A stretch of DNA of 64,000 bases, taken from positions 3,552,001-3,616,000 of the forward strand of contig OY969763.1 of NCBI GenBank assembly GCA_963702845.1. The letters are read 5' to 3'. This DNA comes from an uncultured Verrucomicrobiae bacterium. GTDB taxonomy: Bacteria; Verrucomicrobiota; Verrucomicrobiia; Limisphaerales; Palsa-1400. Positions 34,099 through 45,708 of this stretch are shown in pieces; positions within the stretch are counted from its first letter, which is position 1; every line of letters starts with the position of its first letter. The position numbers were made by a program, and so were the translations under genes. The notes below the pieces were generated by a model, which did no database searches, had not been told where the DNA came from, and saw nothing but the letters and a program-made list of their open reading frames with translations.

Positions 34099-36136
34099 CT
34101 AGTCCTTCAACGTTCGCGCGACTTCTTTTGGATCTTTCGTTGGTGGCTGACAGGCTGTGCCGGTGCAGAGGAACACAACAGGCGCATCTTTGGTCGGCAA
34201 AGTTTTTGCGAACTCTTCGACGGGGCCGGCATTGGAGAGCACCACTTTATTTGGCTGATAGACAGAATGGATTGCGTGCAACATTTGTCGTCTTTCCCGA
34301 CGAGCACGGCGCGTTTGGGTTCGTGCAAAAGGAAATCGAGCGCGAGCAGCATGTGCGGCACGGCTTGTGGAAACTCTTGCAGGCGCGCCGAGAAATGTTG
34401 GAGAGTTTTTTCGGCAGCATCTTTGAAATGCTTGTTGTCGGTGATGGCCGAAAGCTTCAACAGTGCCAGCGAGGCGACGGAGTTGCCGGACGGTTCTGCT
34501 CCATCGTAGTCCTCCTTCGTGCGCATGATCAGGTCTTTCGCATCGGCTGCACTTTCGTAAAACCCGCCGTCTTTCGGATCGTAAAACCGCGTCGGTCATC
34601 GAGTCGGCGAAGTCGATGGCGAATTGCAAATGTTTCGGATCAAGGGTTGCTTCGTATAAATCCAAAACGCCGGAGAGCAAATAGGCGTAGGCATCGAGCA
34701 ATTGCACGTTGTCGCGTTCGCCGTCGCGCCAGCGGTGATAAAGAGTTTTGGTCTTGGCATCCCACAGATGCGATTGCAAGAACGCGAGGTTCGTTTCGGC
34801 GGCCTGACGATATTGCGCGCCACCGAGGACTGCGTAAGATCGAGCAATCGCGCCGAGCATCAAGCCGTTCCACGACGCGAGGACTTTGTCGTCGAGATGG
34901 GGGCGGACGCGTTTGGTGCGGGCGTCGAACATTTTTTTGTTTGCGGAATCGAGAACTTTCCGTTCAGCGTCCGAGAGCTTCGGATCAACGATGCTCAATA
35001 CGTTTTGGTTGGGCAGCGGGTTCGGGTCGCTGTGGTCGACGAAATTGCCTTCTTCAGTAATGCCGAAATAGCGCGTTGCGACTTTGAATTCGTCGGGAGT
35101 GAGCAGGTGTTTCAGTTCGGTGATTGTCCAGCAGTAGAACTTACCTTCTTTGCCTTCGCTGTCGGCGTCTTCGGCGGAATAAAAACCGCCATCGCGATGG
35201 GTCATGTCGCGCAGAACATATTGAATCGTTTCGCGGACGGTGTTGGCATATTGCTATTTGCCGCTGATGAGATAGGCGTCGAGGTAGAGGTTCACCAACT
35301 GCGCATTGTCATAAAGCATCTTCTCGAAATGCGGGCACAAGCCATTGCGCATCGACGGAATAACGCGCGAAGCCGCCGCCGAGTTGGTCATACATGCCGC
35401 CGGCAGCCATGTGATCGCAGGTGTGCATGACCATTTGATGGCTTGTTGATCTTTGGCGCGGGCTCCGTAGCGCAGCACAAACAGCGGTTGGCTTGGGCGT
35501 GGGAATTTCGGGGCATCGCCGAAGCCGCCATTGGTGGGATCGATACTCTTGTTTGAACTGCAATCGCCGCGTGCTTGAAACTTCGAGTTGAAAGTGCGCG
35601 TTCGTCGGTTCCTGATTCGTGATGTTAATGAGGCGATTGTGCAAGTTCAGCGCGGAGGCGAGCACTTCGTCGTGACGGGTTTCCCAGACGTTTGCGATTT
35701 GTTTTAGCAAATCAAGAAAGCTGACACGACCGTATCTGGCTTCCGGTGGAAAATACGTTCCGCCATAGAACGGTTTAGATCAGGCGTAAGAAAACAATTT
35801 AACGGCCAACCGCCCTGGCCTGTGATGGCCTGCACCGTCGTCATGTAAATCTTGTCGACGTCCGGCCGTTCTTCGCGGTCAACTTTGATGCTGACGAAAT
35901 GTTTGTTGAGAAACTCAGCGACTTTTTCGTCTTCGAACGATTCGCGTTCCATCACGTGGCACCAATGACAAGTCGAATAGCCGATGCTCAGGAAAATGGG
36001 TTTGTTCTCCTTACGCGCTTTGGCAAACGCTTCGTCGCCCCAGGCATACCAATCAACGGGGTTATGTTGCATGCTGCAAGAGATACGGTGATTTCTCCCG
36101 CGCGAGGCGATTGGTGTGGGCGTGCGTGACTGACAT
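34099..36136 (-). CDS. YyaL/SSP411-like thioredoxin-domain (DUF255) protein (frameshifted)
   Basis: [81 protein letters not shown]. Confidence 0.92.
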
Positions 36137-36639
36137 AGGTTTCAATTCAACATTGTTGGTGGCAGCACGAAAGAGCAAATGCAAAGAACGCGCTGAAGAG
36201 CATCAGGCTGGACCGGATTCGCAAGAGCGGCATTGCTCAAAGAAACGCAATGGCGAAGGAAAGCCAATGGAAATTCGGACGCACCGCCAAATTTCACGTT
36301 CCGGTTGGCTATTTATGCGGAACGCACGCTGTATTTTGTGAAATTTGCGGTTGAAGAACTCACTTTACTGAGTCGTAAGACACTGTGGCTGAGCCACATT
36401 GCACTTTAATGTATTTTTGCCTTGGAAATTTGCACATGTATGTAAGTTGCTGTATTGTAGTCAGTTATTGGATTTGCTCAGTTTTTCCTCTACTCTCCTT
36501 TGACAGATTCGCCTATGCGTGTATTGTTGGGGCGGTAACGTAGGTATCCTGGGGCGTTTTCAGGAGACAAGGAAGGTCTTGGTGGACACCGAGGCCACAG
36601 GTTTCTCTGAATTAACAATGATATCGGTGTCGGAAAAAT

Positions 36640-38535
36640 ATGTTAAGAAAGAGAGTTTACCGGGTTCGCGCCCGCGTCCCTCAAAGCGGGATTCCACGCC
36701 ACGACGCTAGCTGGGCCCGCGCTCTTCAAAAAAGCGTTCGGTCGCCAAAAAGGCGCGGTTTGATTTTCAGGGCGCAAAGCACCTCGACTAAAGTCGCCGA
36801 AGACCGGAAAGGGAATGGAAAAGGACAAAAGCCGGCAAAGGCGCCACGGCGCTGCCCGCATCCGGTAACCCAGCTGCTCCCGCCAGCAGATTGATCCAGC
36901 TTTTATCCAGGAAAAGGTCAAGGAACTGCTCCGTTTGGCGCAGGACCAAGGCTATCTGACCTACGACGACGTGAATGACGCGTTGCCGGACGAAGTCGTC
37001 ACGCCTGAAGTTCTCGATGAGATTTATACCAAGTTGCGCGGGTTCGACGTTGAAGTCGTCGAATCGCCGGAGCTTGGAACCCGCCGCTGCCAAGGAACGG
37101 AAGAACGCGAAGAGCCTGAAGATTCCTCGCGTCTCGATATTCTCGATGACCCGGTCCAGATGTATCTCCGCCAGATGGGCAAGGTGCCCCTGTTGACGCG
37201 CGAGCAGGAAGTTGAAATTTGCAAGCGCATTGAAGAAGGCGATACGGAAGCGCGCCATATTCTGTTCAAGTTCGGTTTTACCGCGAAGGAACACGTTGCG
37301 CTGGCGGAAAAGTTGATTTGTGATCCGCCGAAGGAACGTTTTGACCGGGTTGTCGTCGACAAGCAGGTCGAAAATCGCGCCGCGCATTTGCTGACTTTGA
37401 AGCGTTTGATCAAGCGCACGCGTGAGATCGACGAAAAGATGGACGAACTTTACGAGAAATGGCACGACGCGAAGAAGGCGCAGAAGGATCACTACTGGAA
37501 AAAGATCGAGGCTATGGACAAGAAGCTGCAGGCGATTTACCCGAAGTTTTATTACAAGCCGAAGGTGGTCGAAGAAGTGATGCTTGTCGCAGACAATCTG
37601 CGCGACAAGATCCAGACCAGCCTCCGTGCGATCGCTGAGCTGGAACGCGCCCGCAAGTCGGCCACGGTCGAGCAACAGATTCGAACGCCGAGAAGGCTCG
37701 CATCGTTGAATTTGAAAAGTTTGCGCGCATGCCGCATCAGCAATACATGACCGAGCATGCTGCGATGAAGAAAGCTGCCGGCAAAGCCGATACCGCCAAG
37801 AGCGAAATGGCTGCTGCGAATCTGCGTCTCGTGATTTCGATCGCGAAGAAGCACACGAATCGCGGCCTCTCGTTCCTCGATCTGATTCAGGAAGGCAACA
37901 TGGGCCTGATGAAGGGCGTCGAGAAATTTGAGTATCGCCGCGGCTACAAGTTTTCAACTTATGCCATCTGGTGGATTCGCCAGGCGATCACCCGCGCGGT
38001 AGCCGACCAGGCTCGCACGGTGCGTATTCCGGTGCACATGATCGAAGTCATCAACCGCGTCATGCGCGTGCAGAAGCGCTTGATGCAGGAACTCGGTCGT
38101 GAAGCTGAGCCGGAAGAAATTGCGGACGAACTGAACATCCCGGTCGCGCGTGTGCGTGCGATTTTGAAGATGGCGCAGCAATCCGTCTCGCTGCAGGCGC
38201 CTGTTGGCGACGGCGATGACGCGAGCGTTGGTGATTTCATCGAAGATAAGAAAGCTGCGAATCCGTCGGAAGTGACGAGCTATAGCTTGCTCAAGGATAC
38301 TTTGTCGGACGTCCTCGCGACGTTGACTGAACGCGAACGCAAGATTGTGGAAATGCGTTTTGGTCTGGTGGACGGTTACGAACGCACGCTCGAAGAAATC
38401 GGCAAGCAATACAACGTCACCCGCGAACGTATTCGCCAGATCGAAGCCAAAGCGTTGCGCAAGATGCGTCACCCGACCCGTCTGCGTCACCTCCAAGGCT
38501 TCCTTGATAGCGAAGCCACTGCTGAGCAGGTGTAA
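36640..38535 (+). CDS. rpoD: RpoD-type sigma-70 factor (frameshifted; start approximate)
   Basis: Region 1.1 [14 protein letters not shown], region 1.2 [12 protein letters not shown], region 2 [11 protein letters not shown]...DLIQEGN...WWIRQAITR, region 4 [20 protein letters not shown]. Confidence 0.9.
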
Positions 38536-38557
38536 GCCTGAGCTAAATATTTACGCG

Positions 38558-38589
38558 AAGCGCGAATCAGAAATGGTTCGCGCTTTTTT
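38558..38589 (+). terminator. Intrinsic terminator after the sigma factor gene
   Basis: AAGCGCGAA-loop-TTCGCGCTT followed by TTTT. Confidence 0.8.
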
Positions 38590-38634
38590 GTTGGCACATG
38601 TCACCTTTCCCTGCTCCGGTCCGTCAAATGAAAC

Positions 38635-40071
38635 ATGCACCACCCGCTCGTTGCGATCACGTTAGCAACTGCTTTGAGTTGCTCGGCACAGGCGTTGAAG
38701 TCTGAGCACTTCGACAAAGACCCGGGGTGGGAGAGTTTCGGGAATCGTGCGCCGAAGAAGCACATCGTTGCACACCAGGACTTCGGATACAGCCCCAACA
38801 GCGATTTCGTTGGAAAAGGAAAAGGTGAAATCGGCGGGAGAATTCAACGTTCGACGGTCCCGGCCTACTACGCTGAAGCGATTGCGCCAAAAACGCTGAA
38901 TGACAGATTAAGCGCGTCGGGCACGTTCACGGTTCCTGAGAAGTCGGGCGGCGGGTTGTGGTTTGGCTGGTTTAAGGCCGATCAGGAAGGTGGCAGTGGA
39001 CGTCCGGTGAGCGGCCTTGGGATGGATATTGGATTTAAAACCGGCGGCGGACATTTGGCGGTGCGATTAACAACTAAACAAAACCAAGCCGCCGGTGTGT
39101 TGGTGACTGCTTTGAAAGCAAACAAGACCGGCGGCAAACCCGTCGATGCTGTCATGCTCCAAGCCGACGGCACACGTTATACATGGACTCTGGATTACGA
39201 TCCAAGTGGCGCCAGTGGCAAGGGTCAGGTTCAATTCGTCGTTCGCAGCAATCGTTCCAAACCGCAGGAGTTCGAGGGTAAAGTTTTCACAGCTGATTTG
39301 CCTGCTGGTTACAAAAATCAGGGCACAGCGTTCGATCGGTTTGGAATTCTAAACATCATGAAGACGGGTGGGACGGTGACGATTTACTTCAACGATTTGA
39401 CGCATGACGGCAAGCATGAGGATTTTTCCACCGATCCGAATTGGCTCGGCGTGAGTAATCACGGCAATGTCGCGGAGCGCGATCAAGTAGCGGTGCAGGA
39501 TTTTGGTTATGAACCGAAGTCAAATATCGCCGGGGGTGAGACCGGCGAAATCGGCGGAGTGTTTTGGCGCACTGAAACAGATCCTGGATTTTACGCTGGT
39601 CGTACGAGCCCAATGACGTTGGACAATAAACTGACGGCGCATGGGAAGGTGCAAATGCTTGTCGGCGCACCAGACTCGAATATGTACATCGGCTGGTTCA
39701 CCTCGAGTGACAAACAGAAATCACCAGTTCAAGCGGGAAATTTCCTCGGAGTTTCCATCGGAGGGCCCACGCGCATCGGACATTATTTCAATCCGGCGTA
39801 TACAACTTCAACCGGTGAACGTGGCAGAGTAAAATCGGGCGGACCGATCATCGCGCCAGGTAACAAATACGAATGGTCACTGCAATACGATCCAACAGGT
39901 AATGGCAACGTCACAGTGACCCTTGGCAAAGATTCGGTGACACTACCGTTGAAGCCGAGCGATCGAAAGCGAGGAGCGCAATTTGATCACTTTGGCGTTC
40001 TAACCTCGGGACCAGGCGGGCAGATGGTGAAAATTTATTTCGACGATTTAGAATACACGGTCGGGCCGTAA
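38635..40071 (+). CDS. Secreted hypothetical protein built from two tandem ~225-aa beta-rich repeats
   Basis: Signal peptide; FDKDPGW..QDFGY..GEIGG..FDRFG..IYFNDL recurs as FSTDPNW..QDFGY..GEIGG..FDHFG..IYFDDL. Confidence 0.85.
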   Translation: MHHPLVAITLATALSCSAQALKSEHFDKDPGWESFGNRAPKKHIVAHQDFGYSPNSDFVGKGKGEIGGRIQRSTVPAYYAEAIAPKTLNDRLSASGTFTVPEKSGGGLWFGWFKADQEGGSGRPVSGLGMDIGFKTGGGHLAVRLTTKQNQAAGVLVTALKANKTGGKPVDAVMLQADGTRYTWTLDYDPSGASGKGQVQFVVRSNRSKPQEFEGKVFTADLPAGYKNQGTAFDRFGILNIMKTGGTVTIYFNDLTHDGKHEDFSTDPNWLGVSNHGNVAERDQVAVQDFGYEPKSNIAGGETGEIGGVFWRTETDPGFYAGRTSPMTLDNKLTAHGKVQMLVGAPDSNMYIGWFTSSDKQKSPVQAGNFLGVSIGGPTRIGHYFNPAYTTSTGERGRVKSGGPIIAPGNKYEWSLQYDPTGNGNVTVTLGKDSVTLPLKPSDRKRGAQFDHFGVLTSGPGGQMVKIYFDDLEYTVGP

Positions 40072-40154
40072 GGAGCGGGAAGTCAGTCGCAGGCGCAACT
40101 AATTTGCAGTCTGGAATTGACCTGATAGATTGGTGTCGCCTTCACTAATCATTT

Positions 40155-41222
40155 ATGACCGAGCAAACCAGGGTAAATCGCCCAACTGCCACGACGACCG
40201 CGTCTACTCCTACCCCTCTATCGCAGGGCGATGTCGCTGCCATTGACGAATTGCGGGCTTCTTATTCAAGAATGCGGGCGGAATTGGCGAAGGTAATTAT
40301 TGGCCAGGACCTCGTCATCGAGCAGCTGCTGATTTGCATTCTCGCGCGGGGACATGGATTGCTGATGGGCGTGCCCGGTTTGGCGAAGACGACGATCGTC
40401 AATTCGCTTTCGCAGGTGATGTCGTTGCAGTTTAACCGCATTCAGTTTACTCCGGACTTGATGCCATCGGATATCACCGGCACGGATATTTTGCAGGAGA
40501 CGGACCAACCGGGACGACGCGCGTTCGTGTTCGTGAAAGGGCCGATTTTTGCAAACATCATTTTAGCGGACGAAATCAATCGCACGCCGCCGAAAACGCA
40601 ATCGGCATTGCTCGAAGCGATGCAGGAACATCGCGTCACGGTTGCGGGACGAATGTTTCCCCTGCCCGCTCCGTTTTTCGTGCTCGCGACGCAAAATCCA
40701 ATCGAGCAGGAAGGCACGTATCCGTTGCCGGAAGCGCAACTGGATCGCTTCATGTTTTTCATCAACGTCGATTATCCGACGCGCGATGAGGAAGGGCGCA
40801 TTGCCCGCGAAACTACCGGTGCAGCTCCGCAAGCGCTGGCGCACATGATTGATGGGAAACAGATTTCGGATTTCCAGGAAGTGGTGCAACGAATGCCGGT
40901 GCCGGACCATATTTACGATTTGGCGGTCGACCTGACGCGGCGCTCACGTCCTTCGTCCGATCAAACTCCGGATTGGATTAAGCGTTGGGTGACGTGGGGT
41001 GCCGGACCGCGCGCGGTCCAGTATTTGATTCGCGGCGCAAAGGCTCGTGCGGTCTTGCACGGCAGTTATTTGGTGCGCATGGAAGATTTGGAAGCAGTGG
41101 CCCATCCTGTCTTGCGGCATCGCATTCTGACAAATTTCCAGGCGCAGTCGGAAGGCGTGGGTAGCGCGGACATTATTAATCGCCTTCTCGAAGATTTGCG
41201 CGGAGAAAACCGCCGTGGCTGA
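40155..41222 (+). CDS. MoxR-family AAA+ ATPase
   Basis: GVPGLAKT, RIQFTPDLMPSDITG, ADEINRTPPKTQSALLEAM, TQNPIEQEGTYPLPEAQLDRF. Confidence 0.95.
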   Translation: MTEQTRVNRPTATTTASTPTPLSQGDVAAIDELRASYSRMRAELAKVIIGQDLVIEQLLICILARGHGLLMGVPGLAKTTIVNSLSQVMSLQFNRIQFTPDLMPSDITGTDILQETDQPGRRAFVFVKGPIFANIILADEINRTPPKTQSALLEAMQEHRVTVAGRMFPLPAPFFVLATQNPIEQEGTYPLPEAQLDRFMFFINVDYPTRDEEGRIARETTGAAPQALAHMIDGKQISDFQEVVQRMPVPDHIYDLAVDLTRRSRPSSDQTPDWIKRWVTWGAGPRAVQYLIRGAKARAVLHGSYLVRMEDLEAVAHPVLRHRILTNFQAQSEGVGSADIINRLLEDLRGENRRG

Positions 41223-42117
41223 GCCGAACAAATTCTTGAATTCGGAAGTGCTGGGCCGGTTGATGAACCTGCCGTTGTTGGCGCGCTTTCCAATGGAGGG
41301 TTCGGTTTCGGGGCATCACAAAAGTCCACACCGCGGTTCCAGCGTGGAATTCGCGGAATACCGCAACTACGTTCCGGGTGATGACATCCGCCGCCTCGAT
41401 TGGCGCGTATTTGCCCGCAGCGATCGTTTCTATCTGAAGGAATTCGAGGCTGAAACAAACTTGCGCTGTTACTTCGTACTCGATTGCAGCGGATCGATGA
41501 AATTCGGAACAACCGGAGAGTCGAAGCTGGAATACGGCAAACGGCTTGTGGCAACTCTTGCTTACCTCGCGGCCCATCAAGGGGATGCTGTTGGATTGAT
41601 CTGTGCGGGCGACAAGACCATTTTCGAAATTCCGCCCAAGCGCAATCCTGCGCACTTGAAGACGCTTTTTGAAACGTTGGAGAAGGCGGAGCCACGCGGT
41701 GAAACCGGGCTGATTCCAGTTCTTCATGACATTGCGGAAAAAATTCGACGCCGCGCGCTGGTCGTTATCATCTCGGATTTCTTCTGCGATTTGGAACCGC
41801 TCATGAGTTGCTTCCAACACTTACGATTTCGCAAACACGACCTTGCTGTGTTTCATCTGCTCGACCGCGCTGAATTGGATTTTCAATTCAGTCGTCCGGT
41901 GCGATTTGTAGACTTGGAAACATCGATGAACCTCGTCACGGAGCCGGCCAGTATTCGGGATCGTTACCTGGAACAATTACGGTTGTTTCTGGATCGTTTG
42001 CGGACGGGTTGCAACGAGTTCACGGCAGATTACCGGCAGGTCGTAACCGATCAGAGTTACGAGAAGGTTATCGCAGAATTTCTCATCGAGCGCTCGCGCG
42101 CGGCGGCAACGAGATGA
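41215..42117 (+). CDS. DUF58 domain protein
   Basis: GSSVEFAEYRNYVPGDDIRRLDW, LDCSGSM, ISDF; overlaps the moxR stop. Confidence 0.93.
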   Translation: MAEPNKFLNSEVLGRLMNLPLLARFPMEGSVSGHHKSPHRGSSVEFAEYRNYVPGDDIRRLDWRVFARSDRFYLKEFEAETNLRCYFVLDCSGSMKFGTTGESKLEYGKRLVATLAYLAAHQGDAVGLICAGDKTIFEIPPKRNPAHLKTLFETLEKAEPRGETGLIPVLHDIAEKIRRRALVVIISDFFCDLEPLMSCFQHLRFRKHDLAVFHLLDRAELDFQFSRPVRFVDLETSMNLVTEPASIRDRYLEQLRLFLDRLRTGCNEFTADYRQVVTDQSYEKVIAEFLIERSRAAATR

Positions 42118-42133
42118 TTTTGCAACGCGGTGA

Positions 42134-44318
42134 TTAAAGTGCCTTCGAAGCAGCCAGTTTGTTGATCGTGTTGTAGATCGCGCCTCGCATGATTTTTCCA
42201 TCCGCTGCGTTGACGTTGAATTTGATCTCCATCTGCATCACCGGCTTCAGATCGTTTATTTGCAGAAAGACGGAATGGCCATCGGGCAACAACTTGGCCG
42301 AAGTGACATTGACAGTGTCGTGACCTTCGGTGTTCGGTTTGTCGGTTAGATAATCTTTCGAGCCGTATTTCTTTTGATAGTGGTAGTTCCACTGCTCGAT
42401 GGCGTAACTGCCAGCGTTTTCCGCAGTTGAGCGGTCGAGCGCGTCGGTGAAACCGAGTTCGATGCCGTTGCTGAAGGCGTGCAAAGTGTTCGGTAGATAA
42501 ACATTTTTACCAGTGTAACGAACGCGTTGGAGACTGCCGTCCTTTATGGCTTTTGTTTCCCAACCCATCGAACCCGCAACATAGAGTTGGCCATCCTGTT
42601 TTCGGAACGTGCCGCGCATCGCACCAGACAGGAAGTGCGGCTTCATCTCAATGACTCCACCTTGCGAAACACCGTCCACGACCTCGCGCAAAACCACCAT
42701 CATCGAACATTGACCATACGAAAAATGTAGCAATTGTCCTTTCAACGGTCCCCATTTTTCGCTGGTAGCCCACACTTCACTGCCGCTGGAATTATCGATC
42801 CGGTGCGGAATCCAACAGAGCGGCTGATCGTAACCCAGAGGACGATCATTTGTGATTTTCGGCCCTTCGAAACCATACCAACCGCCGGGCTTCACCTCGC
42901 AAATCGCAGATGAGGGCGTCCATTCACCTTGCTGCGGGACAACAGTAATCACGCCAGTAGGGCTGACGGCCAAACCGTTCGGATTGCGCCAGCCGGCCGC
43001 AACCGTCATTCCCGATTGTCCATCACGAGCGACGCGGTGGAGTCCCACCGGGTCGACGTAGTAAAAATTGCCGCCGTATCCGTTTCCAAACATGCAACGA
43101 AATGATGGCGCTCAGCAGACGTTTGAATTCCGTTGTAAAAACTTTCGTAGAGATCGGCCTCACCGTCGCCATTCAGGTCGCGCAAACGTGTAATCTGATC
43201 GCGACCTAGCACGTAGATTTGATTTTGAATCACCTTTAAACCGAGCGCCTGATAAAGCCCCGTCGCGAAGCGATGCCATCGGATTTTTTGCAATGTGTTA
43301 TCGATGCCGCTGGCGGTCCAAACATCTCCATGAAGAGTGCAGACAGCGGCATCACCATTGTCAAAAAAGTCCACACCTGTCAGGAACATCAGAGCCTTGT
43401 CCGGGTTGTCGTAAGGAACAGGAATTGTGTCGACGACATAAGGCTCGGTTGATGGAGCAATTTCTCCAACAGTATTTAGAGTTTTCCAATGGCTCGGGCC
43501 GGGTTTGCTTAGAGCCGTCAAATCTTCCGGATTTGCGCTGGCTTTCACTAAAGTGGCGAATGAATCCAGCCCTGCTAAATCGCACTGAGTGAAAAACACC
43601 TTCGATAGCTGCTTCTGATCATGCGGCCCAAACATCACGACGAAGTGGTTGTCACTGACGCCGAGCTTTACTTCTGGAGCGCCTCGCACAGCGGCGGCGA
43701 AGACTTTTCCGCCGTCTTCGTAGTATGCAATTTGCAGTCCTTCCAGCATGCGTAACATAGGACGACTGTTGGTCGGAACGATCGCAAGGATCAGGTTCAA
43801 AGGACTGCTGCTGGCGTCGACTTGAAAGCTCCGCGTGAAGGCGGATGATGTTGCGTTTGTTTCGAACCATGGCGATTCAAGAACACCCGCCGCGAGCAGG
43901 CTGTACGAAAGAATGACGCGATTGCTGCTGACCGAAAAACCGCGATAGCGTGCAGGAAAGCTCCAAAGCTCGGATTGCGGAACGAAATAGGTAACATTCC
44001 CGGAAATTTGTGGCGGATTGACGACTGCAAACTTTATGGGATTGAAATGCAAAAAACCGCCGGTCCATGCAATCCGCATAGTGCCCGCAGCAGTGTCATA
44101 ACAGACGGCAGCCTCATTTTTATCACCGACTTTGATCGATAGCGCCTTAACAATCGTCGCATTGCTTTGCTCGATACTGGAGGACAGGAACTGACCCAGT
44201 CCGTGCTATTCCAACGTTCATCTCGCCACGAACTATCCTTGTCGTATTGGCCGGTCCTCCGCAGGGTCGGCGTTGGCGGCATAAGCGCGAAAAACAGAAG
44301 AAGGGCAGCAAATCGCAT
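42134..44318 (-). CDS. Secreted DUF6797-like / beta-propeller protein typical of PVC bacteria (frameshifted)
   Basis: Signal peptide MRFAALLLFF, AVCYDT...WTGGFL, GVDFFDNGDAAVCTLHGDVW, FATGLYQALGL, GWRNPNG, QGEWTP. Confidence 0.7.
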
Positions 44319-44459
44319 GGCGCAAACCTTAAGCATTTGCGGCGCGATGCTAAAGAACAATAGACGGCTCAAATTATCTGACCCGCGTCAATACAGTCGT
44401 TTTCTGACCTTTCAATTTTTTGCGGAAATGGTTTAATCTTACTTTGGTCATTCGCATTC

Positions 44460-45689
44460 ATGAGTCAGCGCAAAACAGTGTATTTCGATAACAACGCGAC
44501 GACGCGGGTTGCCCCCGAGGTGTTCGACGCGATGGCTCCTTATTTGCGCGATTTTTACGGGAATCCCTCGAGCGCTTATCGTTTCGGCAGCCAGGTTGGC
44601 AAAGATATCGAAGCGGCGCGCGAGAAAGTGGCAAAGCTGATTGGCGCTGATCCGAAGGAAGTCATTTTCACAAGCTGCGGCACGGAAAGTAATAACACAG
44701 CCATTCACAGCGCGCTCATTACTCAGCCGAAAAAGAAGCACATCGTCACGACGGCGGTCGAGCATTCCGCGATCATCAAGTATTGCTGATTTTTTACGGA
44801 AGACAGGGTTACGAAATCACTTTGTTGCCGGTGGATTCAGACGGCCAACTCGACCTGCATCTTGCTCGACAAATCGATTCGTCCGGACACGGCCATCGTT
44901 TCCGTAATGTGGGCGAATAACGAAACGGGCATTGTTTTCCCGATCGAAGAAATCGCCGCGATCTGCCGGATGCACGATGTGCTCTTTCACACAGACGCGA
45001 CGCAAGTGCCCGGCAAGATGGCGATCGATGTGAACGCGCTTGGCGTCAACATGCTGACGCTTTCCGCACACAAGCTTCATGCGCCAAAGGGCATCGGCCT
45101 CCTTTACGTAAAGAAGCGTACAAAATTTCAGCCTTACATTATCGGCGGGCATCAGGAACGTGGTTTTCGCGGCGGCACGGAGAACGTCGCGAACATGATT
45201 GCGTTTGGTCGCGCTGCTGAATTGGCCATCGCACATTTGCAGGACGAGAACACGCGTGTGCGTGCGCTTCGTGACAAGCTGGAGAACGGCATTCTAAAGA
45301 GCATTCCGAACACGGTTCGCACTGGTCCCAAAGAACCGCGTTTGCCGAATACGAGCAACATTGCGTTCGATAACTGCGAAGCTGAAGCGATGTTGATGCT
45401 ACTGGATCAAGCCGGAATTTGTGCGTCGAGCGGTTCCGCTTGCACAACCGGTTCGCTCGATCCGTCGCACGTGTTACTTGCGATGGGCATCAAACCGATG
45501 CGCGCGCGTTGCTGCATTCGTTTCAGCCTGGGCATTTACAATACGGAAGAAGAAGTCGATTACGTGCTCCAGCAATTGCCGCCGATGATCGCGAAGCTGC
45601 GCGAAATTTCGCCCGTGAAACAAATCGATTCACATCGGAAGCACGAAACCCATTTTGCGGAAACTACGACTCGCGCCAAGGTGGCGTGA
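44460..45689 (+). CDS. Cysteine desulfurase, NifS/IscS type (one frameshift near 44790-44860)
   Basis: YFDNNATT, GNPSS, FTSCGTE, ANNETG, SAHKLHAPKG, SSGSAC. Confidence 0.94.
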
Positions 45690-45708
45690 GGAGTTCCTCA
45701 ACCTAAGT

